From positions 1-60,999 of IMG/VR virus record IMGVR_UViG_3300033148_005313: a DNA stretch of 60,999 nt; one strand, written 5' to 3'. The notes beneath the pieces were generated by a model. It had not been told where the DNA came from and made no database searches. It saw nothing but the letters and a program-made list of their open reading frames with translations. This DNA comes from a virus. Taxonomy: Duplodnaviria > Caudoviricetes. Every line of letters begins with the position of its first letter. The first letter of the stretch is position 1. Both the position numbers and the translations under genes were made by a program. Shown in pieces: positions 39,433 through 49,057 of this stretch.

Positions 39433-39786
39433 GGGAGGCCTCCTCGGCGGCAAATCGGGCAGTCGGCGAATTGGTCGGCAAGCGCGGCCCCAGAAGAGGT
39501 GTCGCTCTCCTCGCGCAGCAGTTTGCCAACCGACCGCAGCCAGGGGACACACGTATCCAATGGGGCCGGCAGCGGCCCGCGCACCACTGCGTCCCCGAGC
39601 GGGGCGGCTTCGAGGGAGGCGGCGAGGTCGGCGGACGTGTTCGCGCAGGAAGTGCGTGCGGAACGCGGTGCGGCCCTGCACCCGCTTGGAGCATAGCGGG
39701 CACAGGAACTCGTCATCGGCATTGCCGATTGCGTTCTCCATTGTCCCGTCCAGGAACGAGATGACCAGATCACTTGTCGAGACCAT
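39429..39786 (-). pseudogene. Apparently frameshifted C2H2-finger protein, paralogous to the C-terminus of 40618..42060
   Basis: CPLC-x12-H-x4-H in one frame; after an extra C at ~39633, ADLAASLEAAPLGDAVVRGPLP continues in the +1 frame. Confidence 0.55.
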
Positions 39787-40399
39787 CGGAGACCCCCTTG
39801 AGCTTGGCGATGAGGTCGGCAATCTCATTCAGCGTGTCTATGGCCTCGCCGGGCGAGAGCTTGTCATTGTGCTCGCAGCCCTCGCAGTTGCTCTCGCACA
39901 GGAAGCAGGCTGCAATGTGCCGCGCTCTCTGCGCAAGCCCCTCCGTCACCGTCACCCCCGCAACCACGCAGGCTCGAGAGGCGGTTGGGTCCTTGCCATC
40001 GCCTCCACACCTCGCACAAGTCTCAACGCTATGCCAGCCCGTGCAGAGTAAGCCCGTCCCTTGGCAGCTAGTACATCCCTTCGGGTCCTCCGCCTCCACC
40101 ACCTGCGCCTCGGAGACGGCGAAGTCGCCGCGAAGAAATAGCTCGTTGAGAGCCTCCTCGAGACCATCCCGTTCCATGTACTTCCGCCAGTCCGCGTGAC
40201 AACGGACCACGAGGCCCACCGCTATCTGGTCTCTGTCCTTTCCGGTCTGCTCAGGCTCCGGTGCCTCCCCGTAGGGACTCCCGTCCGGGTTGATTGCGTC
40301 GGCCTCTATCGGCTGGCGACACGCCTCCTCGACGTTCGCGCGTATCTCCTCAGGAGTCGGTCCTCCGCCAATCATCTCGCTACCGTCAGGCAGTTTCAT
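39770..40399 (-). CDS. Hypothetical protein with DnaJ-like CxxCxGxG motifs
   Basis: CTSCQGTG...CARCGGDG. Confidence 0.6.
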   Translation of the reverse strand: MKLPDGSEMIGGGPTPEEIRANVEEACRQPIEADAINPDGSPYGEAPEPEQTGKDRDQIAVGLVVRCHADWRKYMERDGLEEALNELFLRGDFAVSEAQVVEAEDPKGCTSCQGTGLLCTGWHSVETCARCGGDGKDPTASRACVVAGVTVTEGLAQRARHIAACFLCESNCEGCEHNDKLSPGEAIDTLNEIADLIAKLKGVSDGLDK

Positions 40400-40631
40400 C
40401 GTCGCTCTCCTCCAGTCGCAGCCAGCGGGTGATCCACTCGCGGCATACACGTTTGGCGTAGCACAGACTGTCGTAAGGCCCATGATAGAAGTCGCAGCGC
40501 GCATGGCCTACCCAGACGCGCACCTTGAGCTTCTGACCGTCACGGGAGGGCATAATCCACGCCGTAACGCCCGGCGCGACTTCCGCAAGCCAACATCCCT
40601 CGCCCCGGTCTTCCCACCTAATGCGTTTCAT
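40386..40631 (-). CDS. Hypothetical protein
   Basis: MKRIRW start with GAGGAGG RBS. Confidence 0.5.
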   Translation of the reverse strand: MKRIRWEDRGEGCWLAEVAPGVTAWIMPSRDGQKLKVRVWVGHARCDFYHGPYDSLCYAKRVCREWITRWLRLEESDDETA

Positions 40632-42060
40632 CGTCGTCACCCTCCTCGGGCTTGTCTTCCAGCCAACGGGCGAGAGTCGGCCCGTTCGCCGCGCCCATCG
40701 CGATACACCAATGCGCCCACGAACTATAGGTGGCAGGCACCTCCGGCAGCGGCCCGCGCACAACCGCGTCCCCGAGCGGGGCGGCGGAGTCGAGGGCGGC
40801 GGCGAGTCCGTCGAGTGCGTTTGCCCATATCGGCAATGATTCGCGTATTGCATTGGCGCCACGCCTGACTATAACTGCCCACATCTCGGGAGCCATGGGG
40901 TCTTCGTCATCCAAGATCGGCACCTTCACCATCGGCACCAACCGGAGGGCAGCGATCTCGGCCCGCGCTTCGGCAAGTTGGGTCTCCATTGTCTGAGCGT
41001 CGAGAGTGGCGGCCTCGGCGCGTTGCTCAAGGGCGGTTACCTGTCTGCCGCGTCTCACATATTGCCCTGACCACTGTTCTGCTGCCTTCTCCGCCTCCGC
41101 CTTCTCGCGGGCGAGGGCGCGGAGCTTGCACTGCCGTCGAGACGATTGCCCCGCTTGTCCGGCTATCCCCACGCAGGGCATTCCAACCAACGGGCAGGGA
41201 TCGGGGTATGATTCCCGCCAGTGAGGACACTCCCCCTCGGCAGGCGCGTCCTGCGGGGAGGGCTTGGCCTCGGCGGCCTTCAGTTTTCCCGCCAATTCCA
41301 CGAGCTGCTCAAGGGCGGTGTCGCGTTCCCGAGCAACACCTTCCCTGTCAGCCTCGGCGGCCTCCGCGCGTTGCTTCTCGTCGACACGTCGATTCTCGGC
41401 ATCTCTCCAGACAGCATGGTATCGATCTCTCTCCTCCTCCGCCTCGGCCTTCTCGCAGGCGAGGGCGCGGATGAGCTTCAGGCCATCCTCAAACATCGAC
41501 AACGTGTACTCGTCGACCGGGCTCACCAGCAGGTGACTCTCCACGCGCTGGAGCCAAGTCTCCGGGTCCAACTCCCCCTCGGTGGGTGGGTCCGAGCGCT
41601 TATAAACGCGCCCATTCATCAGTATCTGGGGCCCGTCCATAACCTCGGGAGGTAGCCGTGACTCGAACTGCAGCATACATACCGGGTGCGATGGCAGCCG
41701 GATGGGTGCCCCCATCTTGCACCGGAGGTAGCCAGGGTAGTTGGCGCTAACCTCGGAGTGTTTGCAGATGCTGCAGGAGACGAGTATCAGGTGACCATCT
41801 GCGGTTTCAGCCACGAGCTCAGGGGGGTGAGCGGGGAACATCGGCATCCCCTTGGGCTCTTCCTCCTCGGCCTCAGTCTCCGGCGCGTCCTCCGGGTCGG
41901 AGAGGAGGGCGTCGGCCCACTGCTGGAACGCGCTTGCCGTTCCGTCGAGTAGTGCGTCTGCGGCGTCGCGAGCGCACACACTGAAGAACTCGACCCACGC
42001 TTCCGGCGTGCGACCTTCCGGCACCGCTACCCTCGCCAACTCGTCTCGGTGGTCAGTCAT
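40618..42060 (-). CDS. Mosaic coiled-coil hypothetical protein
   Basis: Repeated RALA.EKAEAE...QRAEAA and Cys modules. Confidence 0.6.
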   Translation of the reverse strand: MTDHRDELARVAVPEGRTPEAWVEFFSVCARDAADALLDGTASAFQQWADALLSDPEDAPETEAEEEEPKGMPMFPAHPPELVAETADGHLILVSCSICKHSEVSANYPGYLRCKMGAPIRLPSHPVCMLQFESRLPPEVMDGPQILMNGRVYKRSDPPTEGELDPETWLQRVESHLLVSPVDEYTLSMFEDGLKLIRALACEKAEAEEERDRYHAVWRDAENRRVDEKQRAEAAEADREGVARERDTALEQLVELAGKLKAAEAKPSPQDAPAEGECPHWRESYPDPCPLVGMPCVGIAGQAGQSSRRQCKLRALAREKAEAEKAAEQWSGQYVRRGRQVTALEQRAEAATLDAQTMETQLAEARAEIAALRLVPMVKVPILDDEDPMAPEMWAVIVRRGANAIRESLPIWANALDGLAAALDSAAPLGDAVVRGPLPEVPATYSSWAHWCIAMGAANGPTLARWLEDKPEEGDDDETH

Positions 42061-42091
42061 CGGTCTTCCTCTCTTTCCTCGGCGGAGTCGT

Positions 42092-42763
42092 CTAGCGGGC
42101 ATCGGCCTTTGCTACCCTCCCGACGACCCAGCCGGTCGTTTTCGTGTGACTGTATCTCTTCGCCAGGGCGCGGTAGGCGCCCACGTCGATCACACATACG
42201 TCGAGGTCGTCGCCGTCGATGGCGCCGCCGCGGTCCACGGCGACGAGGAGCTGCGGAAGGCCCTCCAGCACGACCACGGAACCGAACGGCACGACGGCCG
42301 TGTCCACCGCGCAGTGTCCGTCGCGCAGGCGCGGGCCCCACGCCGAGCCGGGCCCGCCGCCCGGCGGGTCAGCCGGCACCCATCGACCTCTGCGCTCGCT
42401 CCAGTCGCAGCCCTGTCCCGTCCTCGTCGAGAACGGGCAGTAGCAGGTGGCGTTGAACGTCCTGCGCTCGATCTTGCGGGAGGCGATCACCGGCACGAGT
42501 TCGCGCTTCCACGACGGCGCCGCGCCTCCCTGGGCGGAGATCCTCGCGCACGCCTCACGGAGCGGCGCCGGCAGCGAGGCCAGCGCGTCGACGTGCATCC
42601 TCACCGCGTCCTCGGGGGTGAACTTCTGAGGTTCGACACTTCGCGGCTTCCCGAATATGCTGACCAGTACTACTACGCTCATAAAGATCGCCACGAGTAG
42701 TACGAGTGTCCAGTTCGTCTTACCTCTTCTATTCATATGGTCAGTCACTCCTCTCTGTTTCAC
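42092..42763 (-). CDS. Membrane-anchored 3D-domain protein (peptidoglycan lytic transglycosylase-like)
   Basis: N-terminal TM; ATCY, AVD...VPFGS, DRGGAI...DLDV (three-Asp motif). Confidence 0.82.
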   Translation of the reverse strand: MKQRGVTDHMNRRGKTNWTLVLLVAIFMSVVVLVSIFGKPRSVEPQKFTPEDAVRMHVDALASLPAPLREACARISAQGGAAPSWKRELVPVIASRKIERRTFNATCYCPFSTRTGQGCDWSERRGRWVPADPPGGGPGSAWGPRLRDGHCAVDTAVVPFGSVVVLEGLPQLLVAVDRGGAIDGDDLDVCVIDVGAYRALAKRYSHTKTTGWVVGRVAKADAR

Positions 42764-43446
42764 GTCTGCGTCGCGAGCCAGGCGGCGACGAGCGTCGCGG
42801 CGTCGGCTCGGTGTTCGGCTGCGCTACGTTCTTTGATCTCCTCCGGCGGCGGGCCGGGCCATGAGTAGCCTCCCTGTTCGAGGGCGCGCTTCGCGCCCCG
42901 CCAGCGTTCGGGCTTCGACGCCTTGCCCTTCCGGCGCACGAGCACGTTCTTCGTCCAGTCGGGAGGGGCGAGGTAGACGTTCTTGACCCCGGCCACCGAC
43001 GCCGCGCCCGCCCGGACAGAGGCCACGGCCATCCCGTACTTGATGATCGACTTCGGCGAGGCCTTCGTGCCGCCGCCGTGGTACGCGCCCTCCACGATCA
43101 CCGTCGCCTGCGGGGCGCAGGACGCTCGCAGCGCCGTCGCGACGAACGTCCGCGCTTCCTCCATCAGTCGCGCGAGCCGTACGTCCATCAGCCGCCATTC
43201 CTCACCGAGGGGGGCCGGGTCGCCGGGAGGCAACTCGCGCTTCAGGACGAAGTCCTCCACCCACCACTCGCCCGTCGCGAGGCTCAGCGCCGCGGCGCCG
43301 GTCGCACGTAGCGACGGGTCGAACGCGGCCACCACCTCGCGCCGCGCGGCAGGCGGCGACTCCGGCCGCTCGACGCGGTGGACGCGGCCCTCGTCGTCGA
43401 CCTCGAAGCCCTGAGCGAGGAGGTCCTCGGTGGTGATGCCGCTCAT
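42760..43446 (-). CDS. RuvC-like Holliday junction resolvase
   Basis: AAFDPSLRATG, VIVEG, KASK, HRADA. Confidence 0.8.
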   Translation of the reverse strand: MSGITTEDLLAQGFEVDDEGRVHRVERPESPPAARREVVAAFDPSLRATGAAALSLATGEWWVEDFVLKRELPPGDPAPLGEEWRLMDVRLARLMEEARTFVATALRASCAPQATVIVEGAYHGGGTKASPKSIIKYGMAVASVRAGAASVAGVKNVYLAPPDWTKNVLVRRKGKASKPERWRGAKRALEQGGYSWPGPPPEEIKERSAAEHRADAATLVAAWLATQT

Positions 43447-43886
43447 CTTCCCCCCAAGCCATGCAACAGTCGTGATGCCTCGACGCATGTCTCGTGCATC
43501 GCGTACTGCTCTGGAGATACGACGCGCGGAATCCCGGCGGCGAGCGGTATCACCATCATCAATACTAGGAGTAACCCCGCCGTGTAATACCAGATACGAT
43601 CATCGTCATCAGCGTGCTTTGCGCGTCGAAATACCAGCGTCGCTATAACGAGCAGGATAGCAGACACCACACACCAGAAGACGCCCATGGTGAATTGTCG
43701 TCGAAGGGCGGCTTCGTAATACTGGGCGACGATGGGCTCGGCTGTGTCCTTGACGGCGTCACTCGTCTCCGACGCGATGCTACCTAGCACCTCAATGACA
43801 TCTACGAGCTCGGTAGGCTTCTCAGCGGCCTGTGCGCAGATATTGACTGTGATGACAACGAGCGCGGCTACTGATAGTATACGCAT
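43443..43886 (-). CDS. Membrane protein (signal peptide plus two TM segments)
   Basis: Hydrophobic segments; lower GC. Confidence 0.6.
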   Translation of the reverse strand: MRILSVAALVVITVNICAQAAEKPTELVDVIEVLGSIASETSDAVKDTAEPIVAQYYEAALRRQFTMGVFWCVVSAILLVIATLVFRRAKHADDDDRIWYYTAGLLLVLMMVIPLAAGIPRVVSPEQYAMHETCVEASRLLHGLGGR

Positions 43887-43936
43887 GTTAGTCGTCTCCC
43901 TTTAGTTTGGTGTCAGTTCGTTCTTATACCGCTTCC

Positions 43937-44386
43937 TCACAGGTGAACCACCTCGCAGCCTCCCGGCACGAGCGCCGCGACGGCCTCGGCGACCTTGACG
44001 CGGTGGCACTCGCGCTTGGTGCCGACCATCGGCTTCTTCTCGCAGCACATCAGGACGAGGGTCTTACCCTCGTGGACCGCCTTCGCCGCTGCCTCGACGT
44101 GCGCGTTCGCCCTGTTACTCCAAGGCGGCTTCCAGGCGCCGGGGCCGCCCGTGTTCCCGAGGATGCCTTTGCCGGTGTCATCGTCGTGCGGCCACTCGTA
44201 GGCGAAGCCGAAGACACTCGCCAGCGTGGTGTTGTTTCCCTGAAAGATCGTGTTCCGGGATGTGCGCGTAAGGCGACAGTCGATGACGTTGAAGACAGGA
44301 ACCTCGGGGTCGACCTTCTCCAGCGCCTCCCTCAGCTTAGCCCAGCTTCCGTCTCGTCCGTAGCCGTAGGTGTAGATCGTCTTCAT
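43937..44386 (-). CDS. DUF488-like protein
   Basis: IYTYGY, IDCR, LG, LMCCE...CHR. Confidence 0.75.
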   Translation of the reverse strand: MKTIYTYGYGRDGSWAKLREALEKVDPEVPVFNVIDCRLTRTSRNTIFQGNNTTLASVFGFAYEWPHDDDTGKGILGNTGGPGAWKPPWSNRANAHVEAAAKAVHEGKTLVLMCCEKKPMVGTKRECHRVKVAEAVAALVPGGCEVVHL

Positions 44387-44590
44387 ACCGCCTCCCGTAG
44401 GTCCGGCACTTCGTCGACCGACCGATAGACGACGAGGCCTGTGGTCATTGGCTACCCCACTTCCACAAGTGTGATGCCCTCGGCAGACCGCCGGACCGTT
44501 GGAGCCGCGCGCCTCCCGGGTCCCCGACGCGCGGCCTCGGGTCGCACACTTGGCGGCTTGTCGCTACCGGTTCTTGCGCCCGCCCAAAAC

Positions 44591-45208
44591 CTAGTTCGGC
44601 GGCGTCGTGGCGATGCCCTGATCGGCCAGCTTCCTCATGGCGCCGGTCGTCGTCTCCGCGGTCTTCCCGCCCGCGGTGAGCGTCACGGCGACGTCCTCCT
44701 CCTCGTCGTCGCCCGCCTCGTCGAGGGCGAGTTCGAGCTGCTTGACCTTCTCGACGGCCTTCGCGCCGAAGTCCTTCAGGCCGTCGTCCCACAGGCCGTA
44801 CTCGTCGAGCACGTCGTCGAACTCCTGCACGTCCACGACCCGGAACGCGAAGAGCAGCTCGTGGTGGATCAGGGCCTGCTTCCCGTTCCGGTTGAGCCCG
44901 TTGTAGAAGGTCCGGTTCAGGATCACGGCCGCGTACGGCGGCACCTCGGCGGGGAGCCCGGCGTCGACGGGGACCTCCCAGAGGCTCGGGTCGCTGACCG
45001 CCTTCGCCACGTCGTTGAGCTTCGCGAACTTGCCGCGAACCGTAGCGCCCTTCTGCACCCACGGGTCTTCGGGCGTGGTGCATCTGAACAGCGCGACAAC
45101 CGGCTTGCCGACGAAGTGCTCTGCCTCATCGTCGTCCGAGAAGTGCTGCTTGATCACCGACTGCAGAATCTCTTGGGCCTCTTTCGAGGCGATCTGAATG
45201 TCCGCCAT
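44591..45208 (-). CDS. Phage metallopeptidase-like protein (degenerate site)
   Basis: ALIHHELL...DVQEF..V...YGLW. Confidence 0.65.
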   Translation of the reverse strand: MADIQIASKEAQEILQSVIKQHFSDDDEAEHFVGKPVVALFRCTTPEDPWVQKGATVRGKFAKLNDVAKAVSDPSLWEVPVDAGLPAEVPPYAAVILNRTFYNGLNRNGKQALIHHELLFAFRVVDVQEFDDVLDEYGLWDDGLKDFGAKAVEKVKQLELALDEAGDDEEEDVAVTLTAGGKTAETTTGAMRKLADQGIATTPPN

Positions 45209-45282
45209 GCTGTCTATCCTCCTTGGTTGGTGTTGACGGGGCGGAGCCCGAACCCCTCAGAACCGGCCCCGCCCCGCCGGGT

Positions 45283-45678
45283 TCACTCCCCGTCTGTTGG
45301 GGGCGGGGAGTCCTCGGCCTTCTTCCCCTTGATAGCCTCCTCCGTCTCGGTCTTCAGGCCGGCGACCGCGCTCTTGAACGCGGCGCGGGCGTCGGTGACG
45401 CGCCTGTCGAACGTCGTCAGCCACGCCGTCGCTGCGTCGTCGAACTGGCCTATAGCAATGTCCTTGTAGGCGCGAGCGTCGCGCTTCTCACGGTTCGTCG
45501 TCGGCATCGGAACGGCCGTCGCGGCGAGTGACCTGGCCTTTGCCAGGACGAGCTCGGCGTGCGGCCCCTTCACGTCTTTCGTGACGGCCTCCATCAGCGC
45601 CCGTCGCGCCGGCGTGGCATCTCCCTCGGCCCTTGCGTCAGTCCCGTCTTCCGGCTTGGTGTCTCTGTCGGTCATCAT
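45283..45678 (-). CDS. Hypothetical protein
   Basis: AGAGGA RBS; helical. Confidence 0.55.
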   Translation of the reverse strand: MMTDRDTKPEDGTDARAEGDATPARRALMEAVTKDVKGPHAELVLAKARSLAATAVPMPTTNREKRDARAYKDIAIGQFDDAATAWLTTFDRRVTDARAAFKSAVAGLKTETEEAIKGKKAEDSPPPTDGE

Positions 45679-45793
45679 CGTGTTCCTCTCTGTTAGTCCG
45701 TCGATTCTAAGCGCCCCTAAGCGCCTTTCAGCACTGTTTAGGGTACTACCCCCGCCCGAGCGCCCGCGAGCCAGCCACGGCGCCCCTGCACGC

Positions 45794-46249
45794 CTACAGC
45801 AGGTCCTTGATGCTCAGGACCGAGGCGACCTCCAGCGCGTTCTCGCCGGCGTCGTCCGTCCACTCGACCGCGAACGTGACCACGACCTTGAACGGCCCGC
45901 GCGTCCCCACGTCCACGTCGAGGTCCGCGTCGTTCATCTGGTCGCCGTTGATGGTGACTACAGCTTCCTCGGGCTCGCCCCACAGGTTGCGGGTCACGGC
46001 GAAGTGCGAAGACCCGCTGCCACTCGGGACGTTCAGCTCAAACGCCAACACCAACGTCCCGAGGTGTTCGTCCACCGCCGGCGTCACCTTGACAACTCCG
46101 TTCCTGATTGTGCGCGGGGTGCGCCCGTCGTCCTCGCCGACGAGCACCGCCTTCCGCCTCAGCTTCCGTTCCTGCCTGAACTTCCCGAGCACGTCAACCA
46201 TTCCGAGCAGGCCGCCGAGCGGCCCGCCCAACAGCGCCTCTCTCAACAT
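45794..46249 (-). CDS. Hypothetical protein
   Basis: ATG 46249 with GGGAG RBS. Confidence 0.5.
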   Translation of the reverse strand: MLREALLGGPLGGLLGMVDVLGKFRQERKLRRKAVLVGEDDGRTPRTIRNGVVKVTPAVDEHLGTLVLAFELNVPSGSGSSHFAVTRNLWGEPEEAVVTINGDQMNDADLDVDVGTRGPFKVVVTFAVEWTDDAGENALEVASVLSIKDLL

Positions 46250-46275
46250 ATCGGTCTCCCTTCCTTCGTCCGATT

Positions 46276-47917
46276 TTACGCCAACCACTCCACGGCCTCG
46301 CGCCCTGCGGCCGCGCACAAGGTCAGCTTCTCCCGGGCGCGCGTCATGGCGACGTAGTACTGCCGCAACACCGAGTCGGTGTCGTCCTGCCGGTAGGTGT
46401 GGAAGCCCTTTTTTGAGAGGTCCGGATAGACCCAGACGTGATCCGCCTGCGCCCCCTTGAACGAGTGGATCGTGCCGACGAACAGGCGCGGCTCCTCCTC
46501 CAGAGCGCCGACGCCCTGGTTCGCCAACACCTGAAGCGCGTACTCACCGGGCCCGCGCCGCGCCTGGAGGAGGTTGCGGGCCAGCCAATCGAGGCACTCG
46601 GGCGGCAGCGCCCACGCGCCGTCGAGGTGCTCCGCCCTCATGTGGGCCGTCAACGCCTCGACCACCTCGGCCTCGGAGGCGTCCTCGTCGAGGTCGGTTA
46701 CAGCGGCCTTGCCGTAGCGCCGGAAGACGCCCTTCGTGATCTTCGCCCAGGCTGCGACCTGCTCCGCGGTCCATATTCGCGTCGCGCCCTCCTGGTGCGG
46801 GGCGACGAACGCCCGCACTGCGTCGACCGTCGAGCCCTCGCCGCGCTTCGCGAGAGGGTTCCACGCGCCCTGCTTCCGGCGCCACGGGTTGCCGAACGGA
46901 ATCGCCTCGGCCCGCAGCAGCCTGACCAGCGGCTCGATCATGTACGAGCACGAGCCCATGATCATACACGTCGCCGGCCGCCACTCCTCGCGATCCTCAT
47001 CCCACGCCATCTCCTCCAACGCCGCCAACACATCCTCCAGCAGCTTCTCCGGCTTCAGGAACGTCGCGTCCGACATCGCCACCTCGCCGTCCGCGGGGCG
47101 CGGATAGTACTCGACATCCTCGCGGCCCTGCACCTGCCGAATCCACTCCATCGCGACGGAGTGGACCGCGCGCGGTACCCGGTACGATTGGGCGAGGACC
47201 TTCTGCTCGCGCGGCTCGATCTCGAGGAACACGGCCGGATCGGAGCCGGCCCATGAGTAGAGGACCTGGTCGGTGTCGAGCGCCATGACGACCTTGTTCA
47301 CGTTCTGCGCCCACCGCCAGACGAGCTGCAACTCGAGCCGGGAGAAGTCCTGCGCCTCGTCACAGACTATCACCTGCGGGCACTGCTCCGGGCTCCCGGT
47401 GTCGTTCAGCGCGACCTCGATCATGTCCGCGAAGTCGATCCCGCCGGTCGCCGCCTTGTAGTCCTCCCAGACCGCGGCGAACGCGAGGACCGACGCCGGC
47501 CAGGCCTCACGCGGAACGCAGAGGTTTCGGAGCCGCGAGTACTCGGCCCGGACCTCGTCGCCGCGCGTCGAGAGCGGCATCATGCCCTCGTGCTTCTCGA
47601 CGGCCGGGCCGCTGATCCGGTACGCCTCCTGACCCTCGTTGAACTGCTTGATCCCCGCGTCGTCCTCGACCATGTGCGGACGGCCGATGGCCCGGTAGGC
47701 GAAGGCGTGAAGCGTGCCGACGTTGTCGCGCGGCAGGGGGACATTGCGCGAGGCGATCTCGTGAGCGGCCGCGCGCGTGAAACTCATGGCGACGACGTTC
47801 TCACTACCCCACGCCTGGGCGTCGCGCTCGATCTGACGGGCGAGGAACGTCGTTTTCCCGGTGTCAACCGGGTGGACCTATGAGCCTGCATTCGCCGAGC
47901 TGCGTGAACTCGTCCAC
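46276..47917 (-). CDS. UvrD/Rep-like SF1 helicase; Walker A interrupted by a 4-nt insert (recoded gene or pseudogene)
   Basis: GTG 47917 after GGAGGTGAT: MDEFTQLGECRLIGPPG-[TGAC]-TGKTTFLA...SFTRAAA; later TLHAFAY, DEAQD, DTDQ, QSYR, TIHSFKG, YVAMTRAR. Confidence 0.85.
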
Positions 47918-47964
47918 CCTCGATCACCTCCCTTTGATTGCATGATTGACATATTCCCCGTAGG

Positions 47965-48831
47965 TCACTGGGCCTCCAGCACAAGCAGATACTCGTGGAC
48001 TCGCACGAGCCGCTTACTCCCCTTCTCGAATTGCCCTACCCGCTGAATAGCGGGCGTGCCGGTGTGGTGAACCACAACCTCTTCGAGTAGGCGGAAGCCT
48101 GCTGCCTGGTGCGCCCTCGTGGTGTCGTGGTGCAGCGGTAGCAGCGAACCCGCCGCGTCTCTATGCAGCCCCACAACCCAGCAGGACTTCGCGCCCGTCT
48201 TCAGCGCCGCGCGGGTTGCTTGGGCGACCTCGCCGATGGCGCCGCAAAACTCCTCATAGTTGGCGCATTCCGAGAGGTCTTCCGGTCCGCCCTTGTAGGT
48301 CTCCAGGTCGAAGTAGGGCGGGCAGGTATAGCAGAAGTCTCCAACGCCTTCGCCGATGTGCTTCTCCATGTACCGGGCATCGCCCCTGTAAATGGCCACG
48401 CGGTCTCCGTACCCCTTCGCCTCGCAGCGTTCGGCCACCGCCTCGACCTCTTCCTCACGAAGTTCCGTGCCCGCATAGCGCAGTCCACGGGCGGCTGCCA
48501 TGATAGCCCGTGTGCCGCCTCCCGCGAACGGGTCAATGACCAAGCCCTCTTCCGGCGCGTAGCAGTTGAGGATGTACGAGCAGAGCGCCGGACTGAATAT
48601 CGACGCTAACAGCTTGCCGCGATATATCGACTTCTCGTCGATGTCGCCGCGATACAACGGCACCTCACGAACAGCGCCCTCGTCGCCCACAGCGTCTCTC
48701 AGCGTCCTGTGTTTCTTGTCCGCGTGGTCAACAGGCCAGACGGTTGTAGGCCAGACCCCGTAGCGTTCCTGTGCGGTCTTGAAACGGTCGGGCAGCGCCT
48801 CTTCTGGGAACAGGCTGCTGTCAGTCGCCAT
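47965..48831 (-). CDS. DNA amino-methyltransferase (motif I before motif IV)
   Basis: SIFSP, DPFAGGGTR, GTELR, TCPPYFDLETY, HEYLLV. Confidence 0.85.
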   Translation of the reverse strand: MATDSSLFPEEALPDRFKTAQERYGVWPTTVWPVDHADKKHRTLRDAVGDEGAVREVPLYRGDIDEKSIYRGKLLASIFSPALCSYILNCYAPEEGLVIDPFAGGGTRAIMAAARGLRYAGTELREEEVEAVAERCEAKGYGDRVAIYRGDARYMEKHIGEGVGDFCYTCPPYFDLETYKGGPEDLSECANYEEFCGAIGEVAQATRAALKTGAKSCWVVGLHRDAAGSLLPLHHDTTRAHQAAGFRLLEEVVVHHTGTPAIQRVGQFEKGSKRLVRVHEYLLVLEAQ

Positions 48832-49057
48832 GCTCGCCTTCCTCCTCCTCGTCATCTCCGTCGAATCCCTCCAGCTTGTACAGCACGACCCGCGCCGCCA
48901 GGACCGCGACCACGGCGCAGGGGACTCCGTCCCAAAACGACGCGCCGGACCAAGGAACGAGGGCCAGCGCGACGGCTACAAACGCGGACCGCACCGCCCA
49001 CACGATCAGGTATGCTACTACCGCGCCTAGCGCGCCCGAGAACTTGGTGTTGGTCAT
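48821..49057 (-). CDS. Small membrane protein
   Basis: Two hydrophobic segments. Confidence 0.55.
   Translation of the reverse strand: MTNTKFSGALGAVVAYLIVWAVRSAFVAVALALVPWSGASFWDGVPCAVVAVLAARVVLYKLEGFDGDDEEEEGEHGD

Noticed and set aside
47864-47866. Genome-wide UGA reassignment or selenocysteine
   Set aside because: The downstream motif is in a different frame, so readthrough would not help; many genes end normally in TGA
47857-47872. TGAC insert as avoidance of a GGTACC restriction site
   Set aside because: GGTACC persists in the same gene at 47174-47179, and a synonymous change would be enough
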